The notes: generated from the letters alone by a model not told the origin. A stretch of 64,000 nucleotides of DNA from Planctomycetota bacterium (GCA_965223845.1 CBDCXR010000004.1:352001-416000), one strand, 5' to 3'; positions 37,519 through 47,848 are shown, numbered from the stretch's first letter. Program-made: numbers and translations.

Positions 37519-39564
37519 ATGCGTCGATGGATCGCGCCCGCGCTAGTGGCGGGAACTCTCGTTCCGAACTTGTTGTTCGGTGCACTTATCAATGTCGCCC
37601 CCATCGGGACGGCGACCCAGTCGTCGGATTTCGGGGCGGGACAGTTTCCTGCGAGTCTCGGGATCGACGGGAACACGGGGAACTTCACTCACACCGCGGC
37701 CGGAGACACGCCCGCGACGTGGCAGGTCGATCTCGGCGTCGCGCTCCCGATCGAGGAGATCATCCTTCACAACCGGGACAACTGCTGTGGCACACGCCTC
37801 CGCGACATCACGGTGCAGATTCTCGACGCGGCGGAGGCGGTCCAGTGGGAATCCGACCTTCTCAATCCCGAGAACGCGGACGGCGCCCCCGAGACGATTC
37901 CGCTCGATATCGTCGCCCTGAACGGAAGCGCAGTGACGGGCTCCATCGTGCGCGTGATTCGTACGCCGGATCCGGACTTTTCGGGGAATCCCGGAGTCGA
38001 AAACGGTGACGAGAGCGACGTGCTCTCCCTCGGCGAAGTCGAAGTCTTCGCCGACTCGGCGAGCCTCCCCCTCACGATTACGAGTCAGCCGCAGGGCCGC
38101 CGAGTCTACGTCGGAACCTGTGAGGTCTCCTTCAACGTCGGCGTCGCGGACACGGCAGACGTCACGTACCAGTGGCGGAAGGACGGCATGGACCTCGCCG
38201 GCGAGACGGGCGCCTCGCTCACGATCGAAAACGTGCAACCGGACGACGCCGGAACGTACGACGTGGTGGTCACTCGGAACGCCGAAGAGGTCACGAGCGA
38301 CGGCGCCGTCCTCGATGTCCCGGGGCGAAACCTCGCGATCTTCGGCTCGGCGTCCCAGACGACCACCGGATTTGGTGGGAACGCCGAGCGCGCGAACGAC
38401 GGCAACACGAACGGTGCCTACCCTGCCGGCTCGGTCACGCACTCGAACGGCGACGAGATGGGCTCGTGGACCGTGCAGCTCTTCGGCGAGAGCACGATCG
38501 ACTCGATCGTCGTCTGGAACCGGACGGACTGCTGCTCGCATCGGCTGATCAACACGAAGGTCTCGGTTCTCGATGCCGGTGGGGCCGAGCTCGAAAGTCA
38601 CGAGATCACCGAGGACACGACGGGCGTCGTGAACGTTCCGATCGTCTTCGCGGCGCCGGTGCCCGGCGCGGCCGCCGTTCGCGTCCAGCGAACCGCCGCC
38701 GATGGCGAGGGCGCCAACTGGCTCTCCCTCGCTGAGGTCGAGGTCTTCGGCGACGGTCCGTTCCCCGTCGACGATCCGAACCTCACGCAGCGCTGCGGCG
38801 TGAGCGTGTCGCAGTCGACGCAGCTCGGCGGATTCGCGCCGGAGCTCGCGATCGACGGCAATCTCGGGAACTTCACCCACACGCTCGGGAGCGACGACGC
38901 GGCCCAGTGGGAGATCGACTTCGGCGAGGTGATCGACATCGGCCAGGTCATTCTCTACAACCGAACGAGCTGCTGTGGTTCGCGCCTTCGCGATATCACG
39001 GTCGAAGTCCTTGCGGGCGATGTGGTGGTCTACACCTCGGAGCTCCTCAACGCCGAGAACGCGCTCGGCGCGTTCCCGAACGGTCCGCCCACGCTGGACG
39101 TCGACATCATCGAGGACACCGGCGGCACCGTTCAGGGCGACAAGGTGCGCGTTTCGCGCGCCCCGGATCCGGACCTCTCGGGTTCCGGCGGACAAGGGAA
39201 CGCGGACGAGGGGAACGTCCTTTCTCTGGGCGAGGTGCAGATCTTTGCTGCGCCGGTCCTCAGCCAGATCACGGGCGACTGCAACCAGGACGGCGAGCTC
39301 AATATCGCTGACGTCCTTTGCGGCGTCGGCCTCCTCTACCCGGGATTCCTGCTTCTCAGCGAGCCGGCGAACTTGCCGTGTTCCGGAGACCTCGGGAACC
39401 TCGCGGTGCTCGACACCAACGGCGACCTCGCCCTCGGCAACGCCGATCTGGCTCACCTCGCGATGTTCCTCTTCGGGGGTGGCGCGGCGCCGAACGGTGG
39501 CGCGGGCTGCCGCCTCATCGATAAGGGATCGTCGGGCTGCGACACCAATCCCGGCTGCCTCTAG
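37519..39564 (+). CDS. Secreted protein: three F-type-lectin-fold domains + Ig domain + dockerin
   Basis: Signal peptide; HNRDNCCGTRL, WNRTDCCSHRL, YNRTSCCGSRL; Ig (ITSQP..YQWRKDG..DAGTY); GDCNQDGELNIAD. Confidence 0.85.
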   Translation: MRRWIAPALVAGTLVPNLLFGALINVAPIGTATQSSDFGAGQFPASLGIDGNTGNFTHTAAGDTPATWQVDLGVALPIEEIILHNRDNCCGTRLRDITVQILDAAEAVQWESDLLNPENADGAPETIPLDIVALNGSAVTGSIVRVIRTPDPDFSGNPGVENGDESDVLSLGEVEVFADSASLPLTITSQPQGRRVYVGTCEVSFNVGVADTADVTYQWRKDGMDLAGETGASLTIENVQPDDAGTYDVVVTRNAEEVTSDGAVLDVPGRNLAIFGSASQTTTGFGGNAERANDGNTNGAYPAGSVTHSNGDEMGSWTVQLFGESTIDSIVVWNRTDCCSHRLINTKVSVLDAGGAELESHEITEDTTGVVNVPIVFAAPVPGAAAVRVQRTAADGEGANWLSLAEVEVFGDGPFPVDDPNLTQRCGVSVSQSTQLGGFAPELAIDGNLGNFTHTLGSDDAAQWEIDFGEVIDIGQVILYNRTSCCGSRLRDITVEVLAGDVVVYTSELLNAENALGAFPNGPPTLDVDIIEDTGGTVQGDKVRVSRAPDPDLSGSGGQGNADEGNVLSLGEVQIFAAPVLSQITGDCNQDGELNIADVLCGVGLLYPGFLLLSEPANLPCSGDLGNLAVLDTNGDLALGNADLAHLAMFLFGGGAAPNGGAGCRLIDKGSSGCDTNPGCL

Positions 39565-39710
39565 TCGAACGGCCTGAGGGATGTTGACGAGTGAGGGGCG
39601 ACCCGGGACGATCGGGTCGTCCCTCACTCTTTTTGGTTCGAGTTTGGGGCATGGCGGGGCGGACTCAGGGATCTAGATCCGTGGACAGGCCGCCGGCGAT
39701 AGGAGTTTGC

Positions 39711-42700
39711 GTGGAATCGAGCTGCAGTCACGTTCGGGTGGGGTTGCGGGTCCTCGGCTATTCGATCGCGGCGGTCGCGTGTCTCTGGCGGCCCTTGGCC
39801 GCTCAGAGCGACGTCCGCATCACCGAGTTTCTCGCCGTGAACGATGGCATCGTCGTGGACGAGAACGACGACGCGTCCGACTTCATCGAGGTTCACAATG
39901 CGGGAGTCTCGGCCGTGGATCTCGACGGCTGGTTCCTCACCGACGATCCGGCCGTGCTTCTTTGGCAGTTTCCGGCGGTGACTCTGGCACCGGGTGATTT
40001 CCTCCTCGTCTTCGCGTCCGGCAAGGATCGCCGCAATCCCGATTCGGAACTCCACACGAACTTCCGGCTTGCGGGGGATGGCGACTATCTCGCGATTGCG
40101 GAGCCGGACGGAACGATCGTCCACGAATTCGCGCCCACGTTTCCCACCCAGCGAGAGGATGTCTCGTACGGAATCGGGCAGACCGTCGAGGCGACGGAGC
40201 TGGTCGGCGAGCGCACGGCGGTCCGCGTGCTCGTTCCCTCGGGTGGCGGGGACGGCCTCGACTGGACCGAGCGAGTTTTCGACGACGCGAGTTGGCGCGC
40301 GGGGACGACCGGTGTCGGCTACGACACGGACGACACGATCCAGCCGGCCCCGGGTGAGTCGCGCAATCTCGCGATCGAAGGACTCGCGTCACAGTCGTCG
40401 ACCCTGGGCGGGTTCGTCGCCGGACTCGGGATCGACGGCGACCCGGGCAATTTCACGCACACGGCCGCGGGCCAGAATCTACCGGCGACGTGGGAGCTCG
40501 ATCTCCAGGGGACGTTTCCGATCGCTTCGATCGTCCTCCACAACCGCGACGGTTGCTGCGCGTCGCGGCTTCGCGACATCACGGTGTTCGTTCTCGATGA
40601 GAGCGGCAACAACACGCTCTACGAGAGCGACCTCCTCAACCCGGAGAACGAGCTCGGCGGACCGGACGAGATCACGATCAACCTCGTCGAGGAGCTCGGT
40701 GGCGGCGTGAACGGCGGCATCGTCCGCGTAGTCCGCACTCCCGATCCCGATCTTTCGGGTACCGGCGGCGCGGGCAACTCCGACGAGCCGGACGTGCTCT
40801 CCCTCGGCGAAGTCGAGGTGTGGGAGGGCGCGAGCGGATACGGCCGGTTCATCGGAACCGACGTCGAGGCGGAGATGTCCGGCGAGCACGCGACGGCGTA
40901 TCTGCGGATACCGTTCGACGTCGCTGATCCCGCTGATTTCGATCTGCTGACGCTCAGGATGCGCTACGACGACGGCTTCGTCGCCTACGTCAACGGGATG
41001 GAGGTCGCTCGTCGAAACGCCCCCGACTCGCCCGCTTGGAACTCGTCGGCATCGGGATCGCGGTCCGATTCTCTCGCCGTGGTGTACGAGACGATCAACG
41101 TGACGAGCGGGATCGACGCACTCGTCGCGGGGACGAATATCCTCGCGATCCACGGGCTCAACACGAGCACGGGCAGCTCGGACTTCCTGATCGCTCCTCT
41201 TCTCGAGGGCGCGAGTCTCGTCGGCGGCGGCGAAGTGTATTTCTTGGAGCCGACACCGGGCGCCCCGAACGACAAGCCGGGCTTCGCGGGATTCGTGGGC
41301 GACACGACGTTCAGTCTCGATCGCGGTTTTTACAGCACGCCGTTCGACGTCGAGATCACGACGAGCACGGAGGGCGCCTCGATTCGCTACACGTTCGACG
41401 GGACGGAGCCGACGCCGACGCGAGGCTTCGTCTATTCCGGCCCGATCACCATCGACACGACGACGAATCTTCGGGCGATCGCGTACAAGTCGGGCCTCGA
41501 GCCGTCGAACGTCGATGCGCAGACGTACATTTTCCTCGACGAGATCGTCGTCCAGGATCGTCAGGCCACGCTCGACCGCGGATTCCCCTCGAGTTGGGGA
41601 AGCACGTCCGCCGACTACGGCATGGATCCCGATGTCATCGGACAGAACGGTACGGATCGCTACGGCGGGAAATACACGCAGACGATCAGGGACGATCTTC
41701 TCGCCGTGCCGACCGTATCGATCGCGATGGACATCGACGATATGTTCGGCTCGGGCGGCATCTACACGAACTCGGGAAGCCGCGGCCTCTCCTGGGAGCG
41801 TCCCTGCTCGTTCGAGATCATCTATCCCGACGGTCGGCGCGGAAAGCAGGTGAACTGCGGCGTGCGCATCCAGGGCGGAGCGTTTCGGAGTCACGGACTC
41901 ACGAAGAAGCACTCGCTTCGCTTCCTCTTCAAGGCGATCTACGGGCCGACGAAGCTGCGCCATCCCTTTCTCAAGGGCGGCGGCGCCGAGAGGTTCGACA
42001 CGCTGACGTTCCGCGCGAACTCGAACGACGGCTGGCAGTGGAGCGGGGCGGGCGACAAGCCGCTTTACGTGCGCGATTCTCTCGGGCGCGAGATCATGCT
42101 CGCCATGGGGCAGCCGGCCTCGCACGAGACGTTCGTCCACCTCTTCATCAACGGGGTCTACTGGGGTCTCTACAACCCGGTCGAGCGGCCCGATCACTCC
42201 TTCTCGTCGATCTACGTTGCGGGAGAGAAGGAAGAGTGGGATGCGATCAGCAACGGCTCGGCGACGAACGGCGACAAGAACGCGTGGAATACGCTCGTCT
42301 CGCGAGCGCGGGCAGGACTGTCGAGCAACACGGCGTACTTCTCGCTCTGCGGAAAGGACCCGGACGGGACGCCGAACCCGGCGCTCGAGACGTTCATCGA
42401 CCCGGTCAACTTCGCCGACTACATGATCACGAATCTCTATCTCGGAAACACCGACTGGCCGAACAAGAACTACTGGATGGGGCGGCGGCGCGTCGATGCG
42501 ACCGGCTTCAAGTTCTACATGTGGGACTCGGAGTGGTCGCTCGATCTGCGTTCGAGCGTTAACGAGAACCGTCTCGGAGTGAACGTCGGCATCGCGGAGC
42601 CGTGGCCGTTCATGCGGCAGAACGCCGAGTTCCGCCTCCTCGTCGCCGATCGCCTGCACAAGCATTTCTTCAACGGCGGTCCGCTCTACGTCGATCCGGC

Positions 42701-44537
42701 GCGTCCGGGGTGGGATCCCGCGCATCCCGAACGGAACATGCCGGCCTCGCGCTTCATGGAGCTCATCAATATCGTCTCCCGCGCGGTGGTCGCCGAATCG
42801 GCGCGTTGGGGGGATCAGCATGCCTCGACGCCGTACACCCGGGACGAGCACTGGGCGCGCGAGCGGGACGATCTCCTCGCGAACTACTTTCCGCGGCGGT
42901 CGGCGATCGTGCTCAATCAATTCAAGAGCGCCGGGCTTTACCCGAACGTCGACCCGCCGATCTTCAGCCAGCACGGCGGTCTCATCGACCTCGGTTTCGA
43001 GCTCGCGGCACAATCGGAAGAAGGTTCGGTGTACTACACGATCGACGGCTCCGATCCGCGTCTCGTCGGCGGTGACGTGTCGCCGACCGCAGGCGAAGCG
43101 GGTGCGGTGGAACGAACCACGCTCGTCGACGTCGGAGACACCGTTCGTTATCACGTGCCGGCGAACGGCGCGCTCGGGATTTCCTGGACGAGCCGCACGT
43201 TCGCCGACGGCGGCTGGATGGTCGGGACGACGGGAGTGGGCTACGAGCGCTCGTCGGGATACGAAGACTTGATCTCGACGGACGTCGAGAGCGTTCTCTA
43301 CGACCAGAACACGACGATCTATCTCCGCATTCCGTTTCAGTTCTCGGGCGCCCGGCCGCCGCTTCTCAAGCTACTCATGAAGTACGACGACGGATTCATC
43401 GCGTATCTGAACGGTCAGGAGATCGCATCCGCCAATGTGCCCGACGATCCGGATTGGAGTTCGGGTGCGCCGTCGAGTCATTCCGATTCACTCGCGACCG
43501 TCTTTCAGGAGTTCGACGTCAGCGAGCACGCCGGGGCGCTAGTCGACGGCGAGAACGTCCTCGCGATCCACGCGATGAATCGGACGTCGACCAACGGTGA
43601 TTTCCTCATCGTCCCGCAGCTCGACGCGGCGGTTCCGCTCGAGGGTCAATCGATCGTCCTCGACGAGACGACGACGGTCCGGGCTCGGGTGCTCGCCGGC
43701 GAGACGTGGAGCGCACTCAACGAGGCCACGTTCGTTTACGCGCCGCTTCGCATCACGGAGGTGATGTACCACCCGGTGGATCCGGGGCCGGGATTCGACG
43801 ATGACGACATCGAGTTCGTCGAGGTGAAGAATATCGGCTCGGCGCCCGTCGATCTCGCCGGGGTGACGATCTCGGGGGGAATCGAGTTCGACTTCACGGA
43901 CGGAGACGTCGCGACGCTGCTCCCCGGTGACTTCGTGGTCGTCGTCAATAACTTCGAGGGTTTCGAAGCCGTGTACGATCCGGCCGGAATCCAGATCGCG
44001 GGGGAATTCGACGGCAATCTAGGGAACGACAGCGAAGTGCTCACTCTGAGCGCTCACGGATTTCCCGTGCTCGAATTCGCCTACTCGGACGCGTGGTACC
44101 CGGAGACCGACTCGGGAGGACATTCGCTCGTCATCGCGGATGCGGAGGCCGATCTCTCCGAGTGGAATGTCGCGGACGGCTGGGTCCCGAGCGCTGAGAT
44201 CGGCGGTTCGCCCGGCACGGAGGACGGGGATTTTGTCCCACGCGGCTGGCAGATCTCCGGCGACGCGAACCAGGACGGGAGCGTCGACATCGCCGACGCG
44301 CTCTCGATGCTTCGGCGTCTGTTCGGCGGTGGCGTCCTCGCGGCACTCCCGTGCGAAGACGGGGCCCTCCCGACGGAGGGCGCGAACGTAATTGTCTTCG
44401 ACGTGAACGAGGATGCAGGGTTCAATGTCGGAGACGCGGTCTTTCTGCTCAACTACTTGTTTGCCGAGGGGCCGCCACCCGGCGGTGGGTTGGGTTGCCA
44501 GCGTGTTGAAAACTGTGTGAGCGTGTGCCGGCCGTAG
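39711..44537 (+). CDS. Secreted lamin-tail + F-type lectin + CotH kinase + dockerin protein (copy 2)
   Basis: AGGAG RBS before GTG 39711; same architecture as 32678..37222; CotH motifs KHSLR, VHLFINGVYWGLY...ER, GNTDWPNKN, WDSE; dockerin GDANQDGSVDIAD. Confidence 0.87.
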   Translation: MESSCSHVRVGLRVLGYSIAAVACLWRPLAAQSDVRITEFLAVNDGIVVDENDDASDFIEVHNAGVSAVDLDGWFLTDDPAVLLWQFPAVTLAPGDFLLVFASGKDRRNPDSELHTNFRLAGDGDYLAIAEPDGTIVHEFAPTFPTQREDVSYGIGQTVEATELVGERTAVRVLVPSGGGDGLDWTERVFDDASWRAGTTGVGYDTDDTIQPAPGESRNLAIEGLASQSSTLGGFVAGLGIDGDPGNFTHTAAGQNLPATWELDLQGTFPIASIVLHNRDGCCASRLRDITVFVLDESGNNTLYESDLLNPENELGGPDEITINLVEELGGGVNGGIVRVVRTPDPDLSGTGGAGNSDEPDVLSLGEVEVWEGASGYGRFIGTDVEAEMSGEHATAYLRIPFDVADPADFDLLTLRMRYDDGFVAYVNGMEVARRNAPDSPAWNSSASGSRSDSLAVVYETINVTSGIDALVAGTNILAIHGLNTSTGSSDFLIAPLLEGASLVGGGEVYFLEPTPGAPNDKPGFAGFVGDTTFSLDRGFYSTPFDVEITTSTEGASIRYTFDGTEPTPTRGFVYSGPITIDTTTNLRAIAYKSGLEPSNVDAQTYIFLDEIVVQDRQATLDRGFPSSWGSTSADYGMDPDVIGQNGTDRYGGKYTQTIRDDLLAVPTVSIAMDIDDMFGSGGIYTNSGSRGLSWERPCSFEIIYPDGRRGKQVNCGVRIQGGAFRSHGLTKKHSLRFLFKAIYGPTKLRHPFLKGGGAERFDTLTFRANSNDGWQWSGAGDKPLYVRDSLGREIMLAMGQPASHETFVHLFINGVYWGLYNPVERPDHSFSSIYVAGEKEEWDAISNGSATNGDKNAWNTLVSRARAGLSSNTAYFSLCGKDPDGTPNPALETFIDPVNFADYMITNLYLGNTDWPNKNYWMGRRRVDATGFKFYMWDSEWSLDLRSSVNENRLGVNVGIAEPWPFMRQNAEFRLLVADRLHKHFFNGGPLYVDPARPGWDPAHPERNMPASRFMELINIVSRAVVAESARWGDQHASTPYTRDEHWARERDDLLANYFPRRSAIVLNQFKSAGLYPNVDPPIFSQHGGLIDLGFELAAQSEEGSVYYTIDGSDPRLVGGDVSPTAGEAGAVERTTLVDVGDTVRYHVPANGALGISWTSRTFADGGWMVGTTGVGYERSSGYEDLISTDVESVLYDQNTTIYLRIPFQFSGARPPLLKLLMKYDDGFIAYLNGQEIASANVPDDPDWSSGAPSSHSDSLATVFQEFDVSEHAGALVDGENVLAIHAMNRTSTNGDFLIVPQLDAAVPLEGQSIVLDETTTVRARVLAGETWSALNEATFVYAPLRITEVMYHPVDPGPGFDDDDIEFVEVKNIGSAPVDLAGVTISGGIEFDFTDGDVATLLPGDFVVVVNNFEGFEAVYDPAGIQIAGEFDGNLGNDSEVLTLSAHGFPVLEFAYSDAWYPETDSGGHSLVIADAEADLSEWNVADGWVPSAEIGGSPGTEDGDFVPRGWQISGDANQDGSVDIADALSMLRRLFGGGVLAALPCEDGALPTEGANVIVFDVNEDAGFNVGDAVFLLNYLFAEGPPPGGGLGCQRVENCVSVCRP

Positions 44538-44632
44538 CTCTACGCGCAGCGGACGGACACCACGCCTGGGTCTTGAGTCGCGTATCGCGACATCGTCTCG
44601 AGTGTCGAGCTCGACGCTCGAAAGGAGGGTAC

Positions 44633-47554
44633 ATGAGCGTGCAACGTTGGAGTTTCGCTCTTTCGTTTGTAGTCGCGTTGGCCGCCTCGGTCGACGCCCA
44701 AGTGAATATCGGCGCGTTTGGAACGGCGACGCAGTCGTCCGATTTCGGTGGTGGTCAGTTTCCGGCCTCGCTCGGAATCGACGGGGACCTCGGGAACTTC
44801 ACGCACACCGCGGCGGGACAGTTCCCGGCGACGTGGCAGGTCGCGTTCGACGACGAGTTTGCGATCGAACAGATCGTGCTCCACAACCGAGACAACTGCT
44901 GCCAGTCGCGCCTTCGCGACGTCACCGTCTATATCCTGAACGAGCCGCTCGATGTCCTCGATCCGATCGCGATCGAAGAGATCGACGAGGATCTCATCGT
45001 GTTCGAATCGGATCTGCTCAACGAGCTGAACGAGGGCTTTGAGTACCCCGGCGGCCCCGAGACGCTCACTGTCGACGTCGCGGGCGAGAACGGCGGCGCC
45101 GCGAGCGGCGTGGCGGTCGTGGTTCAGCGGACAAACGATCCGTTCCTCGATGGCTCGGGAGGCCAGGGAAACGCCGACGAAGCCGACGTGCTCCAGCTCG
45201 GTGAGGTCGAAGTCTTCGCGACAGTTGACGATCTGCCGCCGCGGATCACCCTCCAGCCGGTGAGCGTGCGCGCCTCCGCCGGCGGCACGGCGACGTTTGT
45301 GGTCGAGGCGATCGGTTCCGATCCTCTCACCTACCAGTGGGAGAAGAACGAGGAAACTCTCGACGGCGCCACGGATCCCACGCTCATTCTCACCGACCTC
45401 ACGATGGAAGATTCCGGGGATTACTCCGTGATCGTCATGAACGAGGTCGGACAGGAGACGAGCGAGGTCGTCACGCTCACCGTGACTCCGCCGAACCTCG
45501 CCCTCTGCGGTGTCGCCTCGCAATCGACGGAAGGCTTTGGTGGGGCGCCGGGCCGAGCGATCGACGGCAACACGAGCGGCGTCTACCCTCAGGGATCTGT
45601 GACGCACACAGCGACCGGCGACCTCATGCCCTGGTGGGAAGTGTCCCTGATCGAGAATGCGACCATCGAAGAGATCGCGATCTGGAACCGCACCGATTGC
45701 TGCGTTGAGCGGCTCTCGAACTTCGCGGTCGTTCTCCTCAACGACGCGCGAGAGGAGGTGTGGAGTGACGAGTTCTTCACCGATGGGACGTTCCCGGACA
45801 CGACGATCGATCCGTTCATCGTCGAGGTCGACGGCGTCGAGGCACGCACCGTTCGTATCGAGAAGCTCGACGTTATCGCGGGGAGTGAGTGGCTCTCCCT
45901 CGCCGAGGTCGAAGTCTTCGGCGGCGAAGCGGCTTCGTGCGAAGTCCCGGAGGATCCCGATCTCACCGGGCGCCCCGGCGTGCTCGTCCGTCAGAGCTCG
46001 CAGCTCGGCGGGTTTATCGCCGAGAACGCGATCGACGACAACTTCGGCAACTTTACGCACACGCAGGCCGGTGTCGGTCTGCCGGCGACCTGGGAGATCG
46101 ATCTCCTCGAGAACTTCGACATCGCTGAAATCATCCTCTACAACCGAACGAGCTGCTGCGGTTCGCGTCTCCGCGATATCACCGTGTTCATTCTCGATTC
46201 GTGGGAAGACGATGCGCAGGTTCTCTGGGAGAGTGAACTGCTCAATCCAGAGAACGAGCTCGGCGAGTTTCCGACCGGTCCCGCGGAGCTGCGGCTCGAC
46301 ATCGTCGAGCTGAACGGCAGCCCGGTGAGCGGACGCGTCGTGCGCGTCGTGCGCGAGCCGGACGACGACCTTTCGGGAAGCGACGGCCAGGGAAACAATG
46401 ACGAAGCGACCGTCCTTCAGCTCGGTGAGGTCGAGATCTTCGAGCTTCCGGACTGTCCGGATGCGGGGAGCGCCGATGACGGCGACACCCACTGCTCGAA
46501 TCTCGCGATCGCGGGTCCGGATGACGAGGGTCCCGGTGACTACACGGTCACCGCGGATGGCGCCGACGACACCGACGATCTCGTCCAGTACACCTTCACG
46601 GCCGTGAATCAGGCGAGTGGGACGACTCTGACCGTCGGTCCGCAGGGAGTCGGTTCCGCCGTGTTCGCGCTCACGCTCGGCACGTGGGACATCTCGGCCG
46701 AGGTCGACGACGATCTCCGTTGTCCGGATGCCGCGGACGACATGGCGTGCGCGACCCAGACAGTCGAGGTGATCGATCCGACCTGTGTCGAAGGTGAGGC
46801 GTGCAACGTCGCCCCGAAGGGCGTGGCGGGTCAGTCGACGACCGGATTCGGCGGCACGGCGGATCGAGCGATCGACGGCAATACGGACGGGACCTACAAC
46901 AACGGCTCCGTCACCCACACGGCCGGGGACGATCCCGAGCCGACGTGGGAAGTCATCCTCGACCAGTCCTACGACGTCGAGCGCATCGTCCTTTGGAATC
47001 GGGTCGACTGCTGCAGTGCGCGGCTCACGAACTTCACGGTCGCGCTTCTCGACGCCGAGGACGACGAAACTTGGAGCGACGAGTTCTTCACCGACGGCTT
47101 CGAGTTCCCGGACACGGCGGTCGACGGCTTCGAGATCGAGGTCGGAGCGATCGGAACGAGGGTGCGGATTCAGCTCCTCAGCGATCACGCCGGATTCGAT
47201 CCCGCGCAGTTCTTCCTCTCGCTTGCCGAGGTTCAGGTCTACGGCCTTCCGGCGGGCGATCCCCCGGGAGACGAGATCCGCTACGGCGACACCAACAACG
47301 ACGGTGGAGTGAACATCGCGGATGCGATCTTCATGCTGAACAACAAGTTCGGCGACGGCGGCGACCCCAGTTGTGTGGAGACGGCCGACGTCAATGCCGA
47401 CAACAGCTACAACATCGCGGACGCGATCTTCTTGCTGAACCGCCTGTTCGGCGACGGTCCGCCTCCAATCGACGGCGCTGGCCCGGACGGGGATCAGTGT
47501 ACGGCGCTGAATCCGGAGGGTTCGCTCGGGTGTGCGCTCTACGATAAGTGTTGA
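44633..47554 (+). CDS. Secreted protein: four F-type-lectin-fold domains + Ig + Cys-rich linker domain + dockerin
   Basis: AAGGAGG RBS, signal peptide; HNRDNCCQSRL, WNRTDCCVERL, YNRTSCCGSRL, WNRVDCCSARL; GDTNNDGGVNIAD...DVNADNSYNIAD. Confidence 0.87.
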   Translation: MSVQRWSFALSFVVALAASVDAQVNIGAFGTATQSSDFGGGQFPASLGIDGDLGNFTHTAAGQFPATWQVAFDDEFAIEQIVLHNRDNCCQSRLRDVTVYILNEPLDVLDPIAIEEIDEDLIVFESDLLNELNEGFEYPGGPETLTVDVAGENGGAASGVAVVVQRTNDPFLDGSGGQGNADEADVLQLGEVEVFATVDDLPPRITLQPVSVRASAGGTATFVVEAIGSDPLTYQWEKNEETLDGATDPTLILTDLTMEDSGDYSVIVMNEVGQETSEVVTLTVTPPNLALCGVASQSTEGFGGAPGRAIDGNTSGVYPQGSVTHTATGDLMPWWEVSLIENATIEEIAIWNRTDCCVERLSNFAVVLLNDAREEVWSDEFFTDGTFPDTTIDPFIVEVDGVEARTVRIEKLDVIAGSEWLSLAEVEVFGGEAASCEVPEDPDLTGRPGVLVRQSSQLGGFIAENAIDDNFGNFTHTQAGVGLPATWEIDLLENFDIAEIILYNRTSCCGSRLRDITVFILDSWEDDAQVLWESELLNPENELGEFPTGPAELRLDIVELNGSPVSGRVVRVVREPDDDLSGSDGQGNNDEATVLQLGEVEIFELPDCPDAGSADDGDTHCSNLAIAGPDDEGPGDYTVTADGADDTDDLVQYTFTAVNQASGTTLTVGPQGVGSAVFALTLGTWDISAEVDDDLRCPDAADDMACATQTVEVIDPTCVEGEACNVAPKGVAGQSTTGFGGTADRAIDGNTDGTYNNGSVTHTAGDDPEPTWEVILDQSYDVERIVLWNRVDCCSARLTNFTVALLDAEDDETWSDEFFTDGFEFPDTAVDGFEIEVGAIGTRVRIQLLSDHAGFDPAQFFLSLAEVQVYGLPAGDPPGDEIRYGDTNNDGGVNIADAIFMLNNKFGDGGDPSCVETADVNADNSYNIADAIFLLNRLFGDGPPPIDGAGPDGDQCTALNPEGSLGCALYDKC

Positions 47555-47587
47555 TGCCTAGGCGTTGATGCCGCGTTGAGCGGAAGG

Positions 47588-47623
47588 GGCCGCCCTGCTT
47601 TTACGAGCGGGGCGGCCTTTTTT
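47588..47623 (+). terminator. Rho-independent terminator
   Basis: GGCCGCCCTGCT-TTTACG-AGCGGGGCGGCC followed by TTTTTT. Confidence 0.9.
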
Positions 47624-47638
47624 ATTTTGGACGTGGAG

Positions 47639-47766
47639 TTTTACACGAAGGGCGCGAAGGTTCGCGAAGGCGGACGAAGGGGGAGGGAGAGGGGGAGGGG
47701 GAGAGGGGAGAAGAGGGAATAGAGATGAGAAGAGGGGAGAGAGAGAGAGAGGAAGATGGGGTGAGG
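47639..47766 (+). repeat. CGAAGG x4 followed by a ~90-nt polypurine tract (copy 2)
   Basis: TTTT ACACGAAGG GCGCGAAGG TTCGCGAAGG CGGACGAAGG, then an almost pure G/A tract with G-runs and a GA run. Confidence 0.85.
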
Positions 47767-47848
47767 TTGTGCTGCTGTATTGCGGAGTTTGGCCGGTCGC
47801 CGTAGCCTTTCATTATCTCTGTTTGCGATCGGAAGCGGGGGGTGAGGT

